From assembly GCA_049317645.1 (NCBI GenBank), contig JBMOHV010000003.1, forward strand, positions 1 to 48,193: DNA of 48,193 bases, read 5' to 3'. A program made the translations under genes and the position numbers. The notes under the pieces were generated by a model. It did not search any database, was not told the origin of the DNA, and saw only the letters and a list, made by a program, of their open reading frames with translations. Origin of the DNA: Bacteroidia bacterium (GTDB lineage Bacteria > Bacteroidota > Bacteroidia > UBA7662). Of the stretch, positions 7,734 through 18,179 are shown one piece after another; the first letter of the stretch is position 1, and each line of letters begins with the position of its first letter.

Positions 7734-8237
7734 ATGGAGCCCGCACCCGTTCACCCTGGATTGAACCCCGAATTCCCTGCCGATTTGACACGTATTGAGC
7801 ATCTTGGGATTGCAGTGCGGTCGCTGGCCGAGTCCGAGCCGCTGTACACCCGCCTCTTGGGCACCCCGCCCTACCAAAAAGAAACCGTTGAAAGCGAGGG
7901 GGTGAACACTCTTTTTTACAGGGTGGGTCCCAACAAAGTGGAATTACTGGAAAGCCTACGCCCTGATAGCGCCATCGCTCGTTTTTTGGAGTCCAAAGGC
8001 GAAGGACTCCATCATGTGGCCTATGCGGTCGATGACATCCGAGTGACCATGCAGAGGCTCCAAAACCAAGGGTTTCAGTTGTTATCCGCAGAACCCAAGG
8101 TAGGTGCGGAACGTCAATGGGTTTGCTTTGTTCACCCGCGCAGTGCCGGGGGAATTCTGGTGGAGCTTTGCCAAGCGATGCCGGCTGAAGAGGCCCTGTC
8201 GACCACTTCGGCAAGCGAGGAGTCTCCTACAACTTAG
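7734..8237 (+). CDS. mce: Methylmalonyl-CoA epimerase (VOC family)
   Basis: IEHLGIAV, KVELLE, FLESKGEGLHHVAY, FVHPRSAGGILVELCQ. Confidence 0.9.
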   Translation: MEPAPVHPGLNPEFPADLTRIEHLGIAVRSLAESEPLYTRLLGTPPYQKETVESEGVNTLFYRVGPNKVELLESLRPDSAIARFLESKGEGLHHVAYAVDDIRVTMQRLQNQGFQLLSAEPKVGAERQWVCFVHPRSAGGILVELCQAMPAEEALSTTSASEESPTT

Positions 8238-8256
8238 TCGGTAGGGATGGGCTTCC

Positions 8257-9465
8257 TTAGGCGGGGATGACCCCTAGTTGCTTGCCTACCTTGCCAAAGG
8301 CATTCAACATGTGCTCCAAATGAGCCCGTGTATGGGCTGCCGAAAGTTGCACCCGGATACGGGCCTTGCCTTGGGGAACCACCGGAAAAAAGAATCCAAT
8401 AACATAAACCCCTTCGTCCAAGAGGGCATCGGCCATGCGCTGACTAAGGGAGGCATCGTATAACATAATGGGCACAATCGCCGAAGCCCCGTCCTTGTAA
8501 TCAAACCCCAGCGCACGGATTCCTTCTTTGAAGAAACGCACATTTTCGGCAAGCTTTAGAGCCAAATCATTGCTGTGTTCTAACATTCGAAAAACCTCCA
8601 AGGAGGCGCCCACAATCGCCGGGGCCAGGGAATTGCTGAAGAGGTAAGGTCTAGAGCGTTGGCGCAGCATGGCGATGACATCTGCGCGACCGGTGGTGTA
8701 TCCCCCCATGGCACCGCCCAAGGCCTTCCCCAGGGTTCCGGTGACCAAATCGATTTGACCGTGCACCCCGCATAATTCAGGGGTTCCGCGTCCCCTGGCT
8801 CCAAGGAATCCGGCCGCATGGCATTCATCCACCATGGTGAGGGCCCCGTAGGCTTTGGCCAATTCGACGATCCGATCCAGTTGAGCCACATAACCATCCA
8901 TGCTAAAGACACCGTCCGTAACAATGAGCACCGTTTCGTGTCCGGCCTCTTTGCATTCGCGCAGGCAACGCTCCAAGTCGGCCATGTCGTTGTTTGCATA
9001 GCGGTAGCGCGCTGCTTTGCAGAGGCGGACCCCGTCGATAATCGAAGCATGATTGAGGGCATCGCTGATGATCGCGTCTTTTTCGCCAAGCAAGGGTTCA
9101 AAAACGCCCCCGTTGGCGTCAAAGGCTGCAGCGTAGAGAATGCTGTCTTCGGTGCCGTAGAAATGTGCAATGGCCGCTTCGAGATCCTTGTGAATGCGCT
9201 GTGTTCCACAGATAAAGCGCACCGAGCTCATCCCAAATCCGTATTCGTCCAGGGCCCGGTGGGCGGCGGCAATCACCGATGGATGGCTGGACAAGCCCAG
9301 GTAATTATTCGCACAGCCGTTGATGACGACTCGGCCGTCATCCAAGGTTATTTCAGCGCCTTGGGGAGAAACCAGGATACGTTCCTTTTTGAAAAGACCC
9401 TGATCGCGCAGGTCTTGAAGTTCTTTTTGGAGTTTGGGTCCCAAGCCTTCGTGATACGGTTGCAT
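8257..9465 (-). CDS. kbl: Glycine C-acetyltransferase (2-amino-3-ketobutyrate CoA ligase)
   Basis: CANNYLGLS, SSVRFICGTQ, DALNHASIIDG, TDGVFSMDG, GTLGKALGG (PLP Lys), RSRPYLFSN. Confidence 0.95.
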   Translation of the reverse strand: MQPYHEGLGPKLQKELQDLRDQGLFKKERILVSPQGAEITLDDGRVVINGCANNYLGLSSHPSVIAAAHRALDEYGFGMSSVRFICGTQRIHKDLEAAIAHFYGTEDSILYAAAFDANGGVFEPLLGEKDAIISDALNHASIIDGVRLCKAARYRYANNDMADLERCLRECKEAGHETVLIVTDGVFSMDGYVAQLDRIVELAKAYGALTMVDECHAAGFLGARGRGTPELCGVHGQIDLVTGTLGKALGGAMGGYTTGRADVIAMLRQRSRPYLFSNSLAPAIVGASLEVFRMLEHSNDLALKLAENVRFFKEGIRALGFDYKDGASAIVPIMLYDASLSQRMADALLDEGVYVIGFFFPVVPQGKARIRVQLSAAHTRAHLEHMLNAFGKVGKQLGVIPA

Positions 9466-9480
9466 GACGAAAAAATTAGA

Positions 9481-10470
9481 TTAGTGTAACAATTTCCAAA
9501 GTTCATCTTTGAGTTCCTGGATGCCTTCCCCGGTGACCGAGCAAATGAACAAGGCAGGTATTCCCTCCGGTAATTCTTTGGCTAAGCCTTCGCGGAGTTC
9601 GGGGTCGGCCAAATCCGATTTGCTAATCGCCAAAAACCTTCTTTTGGTGAGCAATTCTGGGTTGTAGGCCTCCAATTCGTGAACCAGAATCCGGTATTGT
9701 TCTTGGATAGAGTCCGCATCGGCCGGAACAACAAAAAGCAAAACCGAGTTGCGTTCGATATGCCTCAAAAAACGATGACCTAGACCCCTGCCGGCATGGG
9801 CTCCTTCGATTAGACCGGGTATATCCGCCATCACAAAGGATCGATAGTCTCTGTAAGGGACAATGCCTAGGTTGGGAACCAGGGTGGTGAAGGGGTAATC
9901 GGCAATTTCGGGTTTGGCAGCCGAGACGGAGGCTAGGAGGGTGCTTTTGCCGGCGTTGGGGAAGCCAACCAGTCCCACATCGGCCAATATTTTGAGTTCC
10001 AGGATGCGCCATTCCTCTTGTCCGGGTTCTCCGGGTTGAGCAAAACGAGGCGACTGTCGCGTAGCGCTTTTGAAGTGATGATTGCCCTGCCCGCCGCGTC
10101 CCCCGTTCAGCAGAATAGCTTCTTGGCCATCGGTGGTGATTTCCAGGATTTTTTCGCCGGTCTCGGGATCCCGGGCCACCGTTCCCAAGGGGACTTCCAA
10201 GACCACATCGGATCCTTGCGCCCCTGTTTTGAGCCCGGATGAACCGTTGACGCCGGCATCGGCCATGACATGTTTGCGGTATTTGAGGTGAAGGAGGGTC
10301 CACAACTGGGCATTGCCCCGCAGGATGATGTGACCGCCACGGCCACCGTCTCCCCCGTCCGGACCTCCCTTGGCCGTGACTTTGTCTCTGTGAAAATGCA
10401 CGGAACCGGCGCCACCGCTACCGGAACGGCAACAGATTTTGACATAATCAACAAAATTTCCTTCGGCCAT
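9481..10470 (-). CDS. obgE: GTPase ObgE/CgtA
   Basis: Gly-rich Obg fold ([12 protein letters not shown]), [17 protein letters not shown]. Confidence 0.97.
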   Translation of the reverse strand: MAEGNFVDYVKICCRSGSGGAGSVHFHRDKVTAKGGPDGGDGGRGGHIILRGNAQLWTLLHLKYRKHVMADAGVNGSSGLKTGAQGSDVVLEVPLGTVARDPETGEKILEITTDGQEAILLNGGRGGQGNHHFKSATRQSPRFAQPGEPGQEEWRILELKILADVGLVGFPNAGKSTLLASVSAAKPEIADYPFTTLVPNLGIVPYRDYRSFVMADIPGLIEGAHAGRGLGHRFLRHIERNSVLLFVVPADADSIQEQYRILVHELEAYNPELLTKRRFLAISKSDLADPELREGLAKELPEGIPALFICSVTGEGIQELKDELWKLLH

Positions 10471-10486
10471 GGAGCATCAAGGCTGG

Positions 10487-11059
10487 TTAGCAGCCGACGG
10501 CCTCCCGTATCCGAGTATAGATTTCTTCGATACTCCCGATGCCATCCACTTCCTTCCATTTGTTTTGGTGGGCGTAGTATTGGGCGACGGGTGCTGTCTT
10601 GGCTTGGTATTCTTCAATGCGTTGAGCGATGATGTCTTGGTTTTGGTCGTCGGCCCTGCCAGAGTCTTTGCCTCGAAGCAAGAGTCTCTGGATCAGTTCA
10701 GGCTGGGGAACCACCATGGAAACCATGCATCGGATGCTTTGGCCCAACCCTTCGAGCAGGGCATCCAAGGCCTCGGCCTGGGCCAAGGTCCTGGGGAAAC
10801 CATCGAAAATAAATCCGGCGGCATCGGGACTTTCTTCCAAACGATGCCGAATCATCCCAATCACGACGTGATCGGGTACCAACAAGCCGGCGTTCATCAG
10901 GCCCTGGGCTTCCAGCCCTAGGGGGGTTCCGGCGGCGATCTGAGCACGGAGCAAGTCCCCGGTCGAAAGGTGAACGAGCCCCAAATCCCGGATCAAGTTT
11001 TGGGACTGGGTGCCCTTGCCGGCTCCGGGGGGGCCAAAGAGGACAATATTCATCATCAT
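10487..11059 (-). CDS. adk: Adenylate kinase (short LID type)
   Basis: [32 protein letters not shown]. Confidence 0.96.
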   Translation of the reverse strand: MMMNIVLFGPPGAGKGTQSQNLIRDLGLVHLSTGDLLRAQIAAGTPLGLEAQGLMNAGLLVPDHVVIGMIRHRLEESPDAAGFIFDGFPRTLAQAEALDALLEGLGQSIRCMVSMVVPQPELIQRLLLRGKDSGRADDQNQDIIAQRIEEYQAKTAPVAQYYAHQNKWKEVDGIGSIEEIYTRIREAVGC

Positions 11060-11063
11060 GGCC

Positions 11064-11071
11064 CAAAAGTA
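11064..11071 (-). promoter_or_regulatory. -7 promoter element for adk-obgE-kbl
   Basis: TACTTTTG on the minus strand just upstream of the adk start. Confidence 0.5.
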
Positions 11072-11117
11072 CGAAACAAGGGAGGGGGGCGGGGCCTGTT
11101 TACCTCGCTCTGTTCCC

Positions 11118-11125
11118 TAATTTTG
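11118..11125 (+). promoter_or_regulatory. -7 promoter element for gcvP
   Basis: TAATTTTG ends 6 bp before ATG 11132. Confidence 0.6.
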
Positions 11126-11131
11126 CGGCCT

Positions 11132-14008
11132 ATGTCAACATCCTTTCATACGACCCCCGAAGACGCCTTTGTACGCCGGCATATCGGCATCAACCAAAAG
11201 GCTTTGAAACACATGCTCCAAACGGTTGGAGCGACCGATTTGGAAAGCCTGGTGGCAGAAACGGTCCCGGCTAGCATACGTAGCCATGGGCCGATGAATC
11301 TTCCGGCCCCCATGACCGAGCAGGAAATGCTGACCGAGCTGGGTCGGATCGGCGACAAGAACAAAGTCTTTCGGAGCTATATCGGATCCGGCTATTATGG
11401 AACCCTGACGCCGGGGGTTATCCTTCGAAATATTCTGGAGAACCCGGGTTGGTACACCCAGTACACGCCTTACCAGGCCGAGATTGCCCAAGGTCGGTTG
11501 GAGGCCCTCCTGAATTTTCAAACCATGGTTTGCGATCTCACCGGGATGGAAATTGCCAACGCATCCCTGTTGGATGAATCCACCGCAGCCGCAGAGGCCA
11601 TGCTCATGCTGTTTGCCAATCGGAAGAAAACCGATCATCGCAAAATTTTTGTTTCCCACAAATGTTTTCCGCAGACCAGGGCCGTCTTAGAAACCCGCGC
11701 TGAACCGCTTGGAATAGAGGTTGTTACGGGGAGAATCGAGGACATGAATTGCAACGACGGCTATTTTGCATGCATGTTTCAATACCCCGACGGCTACGGG
11801 AGAGTCAAGGATTATGCGCCGTTTTGCAAAATGGCCCAAGAAGCTGGCGTCGCCACGGCGGTGGTGGCCGATTTGATGGCGTTGGTTTTGTTACCATCGC
11901 CTGGTAGTTGGGGTGCGGATGTGGTGGTGGGTTCTGCCCAGCGCTTTGGGGTGCCCATGGGCTACGGGGGGCCTCATGCCGCGTTTTTTGCGACGCGTGA
12001 TACCTACAAAAGACATCTTCCAGGCCGACTCATCGGGGTAAGTGTGGATGCCGAAGGCAAAACAGCCTACCGGATGGCCCTCCAAACGCGTGAGCAACAC
12101 ATTCGCCGCGAAAAAGCGACTTCGAACATTTGCACGGCCCAGGTTTTGTTGGCCATTATGGCCTCGATGTACGTTGTTTACCATGGTCCTGACGGTCTCA
12201 AGGCCCTGGCGAGCCGAATTCATCGTCGGGCCAGGGTTCTGGATGCCGCGCTGCGGGCTTTGGGTTTTGACCAAGTGAACGACCTTTATTTTGACACCTT
12301 GGTGTGTTCGATGGACGATGAATCGCTCGAGAAAATTCGGGTCATTGCCGAATCCAAGGAAATCAATTTCAATTTCTTGGTCAAGGGGCAGGTCGGGATT
12401 TCGGTGGATGAAACAACTTCTTTGCAAGATTTGGCGCAGGTTGTTTCTGTTTTTGGGGCCATCACCAACGGACTGCAGGTGGATGTCATTGAATTGGATC
12501 GTCAGCTGGGACCGGAAGAACTCCCTTTGCGATCCGATGCCATTCTGCAGCATCCGGTGTTTAATCGATACCACAGCGAGCACGAAATATTGCGTTATAT
12601 CAAAAGATTGGAAAGCAAAGATTTATCTCTTTGTCACTCCATGATACCGCTGGGTTCCTGCACCATGAAGCTGAATGCCTCTGCCGAAATGATGCCCATC
12701 ACCTGGTCTTCGTTTGCGAACATTCATCCCCTGGCACCAACGAGTCAAGCAATTGGCTATCAGCAGATTTTCGCGGACCTCCGCCAGTACCTCCGCGAGG
12801 TTACGGGTTTTGCAGATGTGAGTCTTCAACCCAATTCAGGAGCACAGGGTGAATACACCGGCCTCATGGTTATTCGGGCCTATCACAGGGCGCGCGGTGA
12901 TATGCATCGTAACATTGCGTTGATCCCATCCTCGGCTCACGGGACCAATCCTGCATCGGCGGTGATGGCCGGCATGCAGGTCGTGGTCGTGGCTTGCGAT
13001 GCGCAGGGCAATGTGGACGTCGATGACCTTCGAGAAAAAGCCCTCCATCACAGCCATGCGCTTTCCTGCCTAATGGTCACTTATCCCAGCACCCACGGTG
13101 TTTTTGAGGACCAAATTCAGGAAATATGTAACATTGTTCACGAAAATGGCGGCCAAGTTTATATGGACGGGGCCAACATGAACGCCCAGGTTGGCTTGAC
13201 ATCGCCTGCTTTGATCGGCGCGGATGTTTGTCACTTGAACCTCCACAAAACCTTTTGCATACCCCATGGCGGCGGTGGTCCCGGCATGGGTCCTATCGGG
13301 GTTGCGGCTCAGCTGGCTCCTTACTTGCCCAGTCATCCGGTCGTCTCCTGCGGCGGACCGGAGGGCATCGGCCCTGTATCGGCGGCGCCCTACGGGAGTG
13401 CCAGCATTCTTTTGATATCGTATGCCTACATTCGAATGATGGGGGCCCAGGGTTTGACAGAGGCCACTCGTTACGCCATTTTGAACGCCAATTACATCAA
13501 GAACCGACTGGAGGGCGCGTATGGCGTCCTTTATACCAATGCCAACAACCGTTGCGCCCACGAGATGATTTTGGACATGCGCCCCTTCAAAATCAGTGCC
13601 GGGGTGGAGGTGGAGGATATCGCCAAACGATTGATGGATTATGGTTTTCATGCACCCACCGTTTCTTTCCCCGTGGCTGGGACGATGATGGTGGAACCGA
13701 CGGAGTCCGAGAGCCTGGAGGAATTGGATCGTTTTTGCGAGGCGATGTTGGCTATTCGTCGCGAAGTCGCAGCCATCGAAAACGGGGCAGCAGACCGTGC
13801 GGACAATCCCCTCAAGAACGCCCCTCACACGGCTCGTGTTTTGGTTGCAGAGACTTGGAATAGGCCCTACAGCCGTCAGGAAGCGGTTTACCCAGCCCCT
13901 TGGTCCGAGCAAAACAAGTTTTGGCCGTCCGTGGCCCGGGTGGACAATACCTACGGGGATCGGAACCTGGTTTGTGCTTGTCCTCCTTTGGAGAGCTACG
14001 CAGTCTGA
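11132..14008 (+). CDS. gcvP: Glycine dehydrogenase (decarboxylating), single-chain P protein
   Basis: [60 protein letters not shown] 11132 preferred because the track start overlaps adk. Confidence 0.97.
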   Translation: MSTSFHTTPEDAFVRRHIGINQKALKHMLQTVGATDLESLVAETVPASIRSHGPMNLPAPMTEQEMLTELGRIGDKNKVFRSYIGSGYYGTLTPGVILRNILENPGWYTQYTPYQAEIAQGRLEALLNFQTMVCDLTGMEIANASLLDESTAAAEAMLMLFANRKKTDHRKIFVSHKCFPQTRAVLETRAEPLGIEVVTGRIEDMNCNDGYFACMFQYPDGYGRVKDYAPFCKMAQEAGVATAVVADLMALVLLPSPGSWGADVVVGSAQRFGVPMGYGGPHAAFFATRDTYKRHLPGRLIGVSVDAEGKTAYRMALQTREQHIRREKATSNICTAQVLLAIMASMYVVYHGPDGLKALASRIHRRARVLDAALRALGFDQVNDLYFDTLVCSMDDESLEKIRVIAESKEINFNFLVKGQVGISVDETTSLQDLAQVVSVFGAITNGLQVDVIELDRQLGPEELPLRSDAILQHPVFNRYHSEHEILRYIKRLESKDLSLCHSMIPLGSCTMKLNASAEMMPITWSSFANIHPLAPTSQAIGYQQIFADLRQYLREVTGFADVSLQPNSGAQGEYTGLMVIRAYHRARGDMHRNIALIPSSAHGTNPASAVMAGMQVVVVACDAQGNVDVDDLREKALHHSHALSCLMVTYPSTHGVFEDQIQEICNIVHENGGQVYMDGANMNAQVGLTSPALIGADVCHLNLHKTFCIPHGGGGPGMGPIGVAAQLAPYLPSHPVVSCGGPEGIGPVSAAPYGSASILLISYAYIRMMGAQGLTEATRYAILNANYIKNRLEGAYGVLYTNANNRCAHEMILDMRPFKISAGVEVEDIAKRLMDYGFHAPTVSFPVAGTMMVEPTESESLEELDRFCEAMLAIRREVAAIENGAADRADNPLKNAPHTARVLVAETWNRPYSRQEAVYPAPWSEQNKFWPSVARVDNTYGDRNLVCACPPLESYAV

Positions 14009-14031
14009 AAAGGGTCAAGAGGCCTTTTTTT
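14008..14031 (+). terminator. Probable intrinsic terminator after gcvP
   Basis: AAAAGGGTC-AAGA-GGCCTTTTTTT, a weak stem with G-U pairs followed by a U tract. Confidence 0.5.
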
Positions 14032-14045
14032 GGGCTTTTGGTGCG

Positions 14046-14053
14046 TAACTTTG
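14046..14053 (+). promoter_or_regulatory. -7 promoter element for the T9SS protein pair
   Basis: TAACTTTG upstream of 14074. Confidence 0.55.
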
Positions 14054-14073
14054 ATTATCTCATTCAGTAAGGA

Positions 14074-15993
14074 ATGCAGATTCAAAGAATTTTTATGCCC
14101 AAGAACCTCCTCCTATCCACCTCCTTTGCTGTGGCCCTCGTCGCGGCCCTTGGCTTGTCTTCGGCCCAATCCCAAAATCAAAGACTCGAAACCCCTCGGT
14201 CGTATCCCAAAAAACAGGCCAACGAAGAGATGAGTCAGCCCACCAGCCGTTCTTCTGCTGGGTTGGGGACCGAAAGCACCACCACTCTTTGGACCTTTGA
14301 TTTCAGCGGTTCCACCGGATTGAGTATCCTGGACGATGCCAACGGAGGAGCTCGATGGAAGGTGGTTTCGGCGCTTGAGCCCAATTTGACTTCCCAGAAT
14401 TTTGGCCCAACCTTCAATTCTACATCGGGAGGGTCCTTTGCTTTGATCAATTCTGACTCCTTCCCGGCCGATACCCAGGATGATTTCCTGATTCTCAAAG
14501 TCGGAACCAGCTTGGTGGGACAGAGTGGTGTACAATTGAGTTTCCGGCATTATTTCCGGCGCTTTGCAGACGATCACGTGGTGGAGGTTAGCAACGATTC
14601 CCTGTCTTGGGTTTCGTTTTACAGCTCTTCCACCCAGATTCCAGGCAATACCACGATTAATAACTCGACCCTCACGAGACTCAATATCTCCTCGGTCGCT
14701 GCCAATCAACCCCAAATTTGGGTCCGCTTTCGCTATGTGGGCGCTTGGGATTGGTTCTGGGCTTTGGATGATGTTGAAATTGCCAACTTGCCCCCCAACG
14801 ATTTGGTTATGGAAGATTGGGATATCACTCCCAAGGTTGGGCTTTGCTTTAATGCCCAGATGTCCAGGGCGCAATTGGGGGACTCTTTGATTTTTTCAGG
14901 AGCCATTCACAATTTTGGGGTGAATACCCAACCCAATGTCCGCCTCAATGCCCGGGCTTTTCAGGGCGCAGCGCCTTTGTATAACACCAATTCACCGGCC
15001 GTTGTTGGGATGTCTTCCAATGCCCGCGATACGCTGGAGACCACACCTTATTGGGCGATGAGCGGCAGGCCGGTAGGCACTTACACCCTTCGAATCGAAG
15101 CTCTTTCGGATTCAACCGACGGATCCCCATCGAACAACATCGATACCACCATGTTATTGATTACGGAGGATCGGATTTCTCCCTTTTACCCTGCATCTAC
15201 ATCGTTGGGCACCTTGGGCACCTCCAGTTTCGCCAGCGAAGAAGATGGTGTTATTGTAACATCACTCATCAATCTGAGTGCTCAGGATACGGTGACGGGT
15301 ATCCGTGTTTATCTGCGTTCAACAACGATACCCGGTGGACTTATTGCGGTGAGCATGCGGGATACGGATGGAATTGCCGGATCGCCAGCGATTGACTTTC
15401 CCGTTCTCGTTGAATCGGATTTGATTATGGTGACCGCTGCGGATGTTGCTCGAGGCTACATGGATATTGCCATTCCGACGGTCTTGGCCGGCGTGCCTCA
15501 AGAAAGAGTATTACCCGCAGGTCCTTATTACGCGGCGGCCCAATTGTTTTCCAATTCCGGGGCCAATCATATTCGGATCCCGGATGATCTCAGCAACGAA
15601 GTGTTTATGCCTGGGTATGCTTCCATGGTTTATCTACCTACGGATGGAAGTTGGTACTCCAACGGGATCGCCGCGGGGGTGGCCGCTCTTTTTTCCAGCA
15701 CCACCTCGGTGGGGGAACTTGCAACAACAGGTGCAGCAGCCCAGGCCTACCCCAATCCTTTCCGCGATGAATTCCAGTGGAACCTTCGTTTGGAACAGCC
15801 GGCTGTTTTGCAGTCGCTGTGTTACGACCTTCAGGGACGTTGTGTTGACCAAGGTCCATCCATCGTATCGGAAGCAGGTGAGGTTGTTTACCGCTCCCAA
15901 CTGGGCCACCTTCCAGAGGGTGTTTATCGGGTCGAAATCCGGGCAGGTCAACGCCTCATGGGCTCACGCCTCCTAGTCAAAGCCTCTCGTTAA
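14074..15993 (+). CDS. Secreted T9SS type A sorting domain protein (beta-sandwich plus Ig/CARDB-like domains)
   Basis: Signal peptide (..GLSSAQSQ), FRYVGAWDWFWALDDVEI, CTD motifs AYPNP, YDLQGR, LPEGVY, LLVK. Start may be 14095. Confidence 0.88.
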   Translation: MQIQRIFMPKNLLLSTSFAVALVAALGLSSAQSQNQRLETPRSYPKKQANEEMSQPTSRSSAGLGTESTTTLWTFDFSGSTGLSILDDANGGARWKVVSALEPNLTSQNFGPTFNSTSGGSFALINSDSFPADTQDDFLILKVGTSLVGQSGVQLSFRHYFRRFADDHVVEVSNDSLSWVSFYSSSTQIPGNTTINNSTLTRLNISSVAANQPQIWVRFRYVGAWDWFWALDDVEIANLPPNDLVMEDWDITPKVGLCFNAQMSRAQLGDSLIFSGAIHNFGVNTQPNVRLNARAFQGAAPLYNTNSPAVVGMSSNARDTLETTPYWAMSGRPVGTYTLRIEALSDSTDGSPSNNIDTTMLLITEDRISPFYPASTSLGTLGTSSFASEEDGVIVTSLINLSAQDTVTGIRVYLRSTTIPGGLIAVSMRDTDGIAGSPAIDFPVLVESDLIMVTAADVARGYMDIAIPTVLAGVPQERVLPAGPYYAAAQLFSNSGANHIRIPDDLSNEVFMPGYASMVYLPTDGSWYSNGIAAGVAALFSSTTSVGELATTGAAAQAYPNPFRDEFQWNLRLEQPAVLQSLCYDLQGRCVDQGPSIVSEAGEVVYRSQLGHLPEGVYRVEIRAGQRLMGSRLLVKASR

Positions 15994-16046
15994 TTATTCC
16001 GCACGATTTATTTTTTTAATCTAAATTCCAAGTTTCTGTAATCCCC

Positions 16047-18092
16047 ATGCACATGAAAAACCTCCGCTCCTACCTTCTCGGGACTATGATGCTGGTAGCT
16101 CCGGCTACCGGCTGGACCCAACAATCACGCCTTAGCTCAACCCCTCCACCAGCCTTGCGGCAGTCTGCAGAGAGTGGCCTCGGAGAATCCTCCACGGCTT
16201 CTTCTGCAACGGTTGTTAACCCGGATCCCTCCTTTCAGACCGAGGCGATCAACATTTGGTCCGAGAATTTTGGCGGATCCAACCCCAGCACCCGTGGTTG
16301 GTTGAATTATGGTTTTCGTGGAATCAATACAGGCAATACCCCCGATACCAGCGGTGTTTGGGAATACAGGGGTACGTCGACGCTTCCCGCTAGCGGAACC
16401 GGATCCCGGGGCGCATATGCCGCCGGTACCACCGCCATTCAGTCCCCTACCCGCACCAACGGTTTTATGATTTTTGATTCGGATTGGTTGGATAACAACG
16501 GTTCACCAACCGGTACCGGCGTTTTGGGGGCTCCACACCGCGGGATGCTGATCAGCCCATCCATTGACTTGAGCTCCAATGATTTTGTAAACCTTTCGTT
16601 TTATCAACACTACCGCCGCTTTGGGGGTCCAGGTGGTAGCCAAAGTTCAGCCGCAACCTATCTCTTGTTTTCGGTTGATAACGGATTGACTTGGTCCGAT
16701 ACGGTGGCCCTGAATAGCAATATTGCGGTCAATTCTTCAACATCCAGCAGCACGATGACCCGTTTGAATGTATCCCCCTATATTGGTGGTCAGGACAGTG
16801 TCAAGATTGCATTCCTGTTCAACGGAGATTATTATTTCTGGATGGTGGATGATATCGCCATCGAGCAGGCTCCCCGCGTTGATTTGACAATCACCGGTAC
16901 TGCCTTCTTGCCGGATACGTCCGCAGGTCGTGGTATCGAGTATGGTATGGTACCCAATGCCAACAAAACCCCGTTGACCTTCCAAGCTCGCGTTGCCAAT
17001 ATCGGAACCACTGTTCGTAACAATGTTCAACTACAGGTTTCGGTCATCGACACGACGGCACCGGGTACGCCACTTTTCACCGGAACATCGGTTGTTCTGC
17101 CTTCTTTGGACCCCTTCACCGATACCCTGTTGAGTATCTCGACAGCTTACACGCCCAATCTCCTCAAGTTCACCCGTGTTAACTACAGCTTGGCCTTTGA
17201 TTCCACGACCATGGATTCCACGGCGAACAATACGGCTTCGCGTCAGTTTGAATTGACCGATTCGATGTTGGCCCTCAATGTGAGCTTTCCTGCGTCTCAG
17301 TTGACCTTTGGAACTCGGAATTTTACGGGAAATCCTCCTTCTGTTTTTGATATCAAAATTGCTAATATTTGTCAGTTGGTCAGCACGGATACCGTGACTT
17401 CGGCCACTGCACGATTGGTCAATAGCGGAACTTCGACATCCCAAGCGGGTGGTTTGATTTATTTCACCCTGGAAACGGGTGATGCGAACACGGGTTTACC
17501 TGGTGGAACGGCCTCGGTTGTCCTTGAAACGGATTTGTACACGCTGACAGCTGCGGATATATCCAGGGGTCGTGTGACAGTTCCATTCCCAGCCACTTTG
17601 GGTGGCAGCCCACAGGAGCGCATTGTCAATCCTGGTGAGTATTGGTTGGTAGCGCATTTGTTCTCTAACAACGGTTCCAATCATATCAGTTTGATTGACG
17701 ACCGGACCGTGACGATGCCTTGGTTTGCGACGGTTTTGTTCCGGAGTACGGATTGGTTCAACAACGGCAACGCCGCCCGGATGTCGCTCAATTTTGGTCG
17801 CACTTCGACCGGAACCAATGTTGTTCCCCAAGAAATGCTGGCTGCAGTCGCTTACCCCAATCCAGGTTCAGACTTGTTGAATATCAAGGTGAACGCAGCG
17901 CGTGATTTGGGTCAAACTCGTTTGGTGATGACAGACTTGACCGGTCGTACTGTCTTGGAAGAGCGTTTGACTTGGAACGGAAACGGCGGACGCCATATCC
18001 TGGATATTTCTGCTCTACCGAACGGAACCTATACCCTCGAAATGTTGACCGAGGCCGGCATTGCCCGCCAGCGTGTTATGGTTAAGCACTAA
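16047..18092 (+). CDS. Secreted T9SS type A sorting domain protein, paralog of the upstream gene
   Basis: Signal peptide, LISPSIDLS, YYFWMVDDIAI, CTD motifs AYPNP, TDLTGR, DISALPNGTY, VMVKH. Confidence 0.88.
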   Translation: MHMKNLRSYLLGTMMLVAPATGWTQQSRLSSTPPPALRQSAESGLGESSTASSATVVNPDPSFQTEAINIWSENFGGSNPSTRGWLNYGFRGINTGNTPDTSGVWEYRGTSTLPASGTGSRGAYAAGTTAIQSPTRTNGFMIFDSDWLDNNGSPTGTGVLGAPHRGMLISPSIDLSSNDFVNLSFYQHYRRFGGPGGSQSSAATYLLFSVDNGLTWSDTVALNSNIAVNSSTSSSTMTRLNVSPYIGGQDSVKIAFLFNGDYYFWMVDDIAIEQAPRVDLTITGTAFLPDTSAGRGIEYGMVPNANKTPLTFQARVANIGTTVRNNVQLQVSVIDTTAPGTPLFTGTSVVLPSLDPFTDTLLSISTAYTPNLLKFTRVNYSLAFDSTTMDSTANNTASRQFELTDSMLALNVSFPASQLTFGTRNFTGNPPSVFDIKIANICQLVSTDTVTSATARLVNSGTSTSQAGGLIYFTLETGDANTGLPGGTASVVLETDLYTLTAADISRGRVTVPFPATLGGSPQERIVNPGEYWLVAHLFSNNGSNHISLIDDRTVTMPWFATVLFRSTDWFNNGNAARMSLNFGRTSTGTNVVPQEMLAAVAYPNPGSDLLNIKVNAARDLGQTRLVMTDLTGRTVLEERLTWNGNGGRHILDISALPNGTYTLEMLTEAGIARQRVMVKH

Positions 18093-18126
18093 TTGGCCCT
18101 TTTGCTAACACATCCTTTTGTTTAGG

Positions 18127-18156
18127 AAACCGCCCCCACCCGGGGGCGGTTTTTTT
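18127..18156 (+). terminator. Intrinsic terminator
   Basis: AAACCGCCCCC-ACCC-GGGGGCGGTTT followed by further T residues. Confidence 0.9.
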
Positions 18157-18179
18157 ATGGATCATTTGTTATACAAGCC

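Noticed and set aside
11060-11131. Glycine riboswitch upstream of gcvP
   Set aside because: The 72-bp gap is filled by two divergent promoter elements and is too short.
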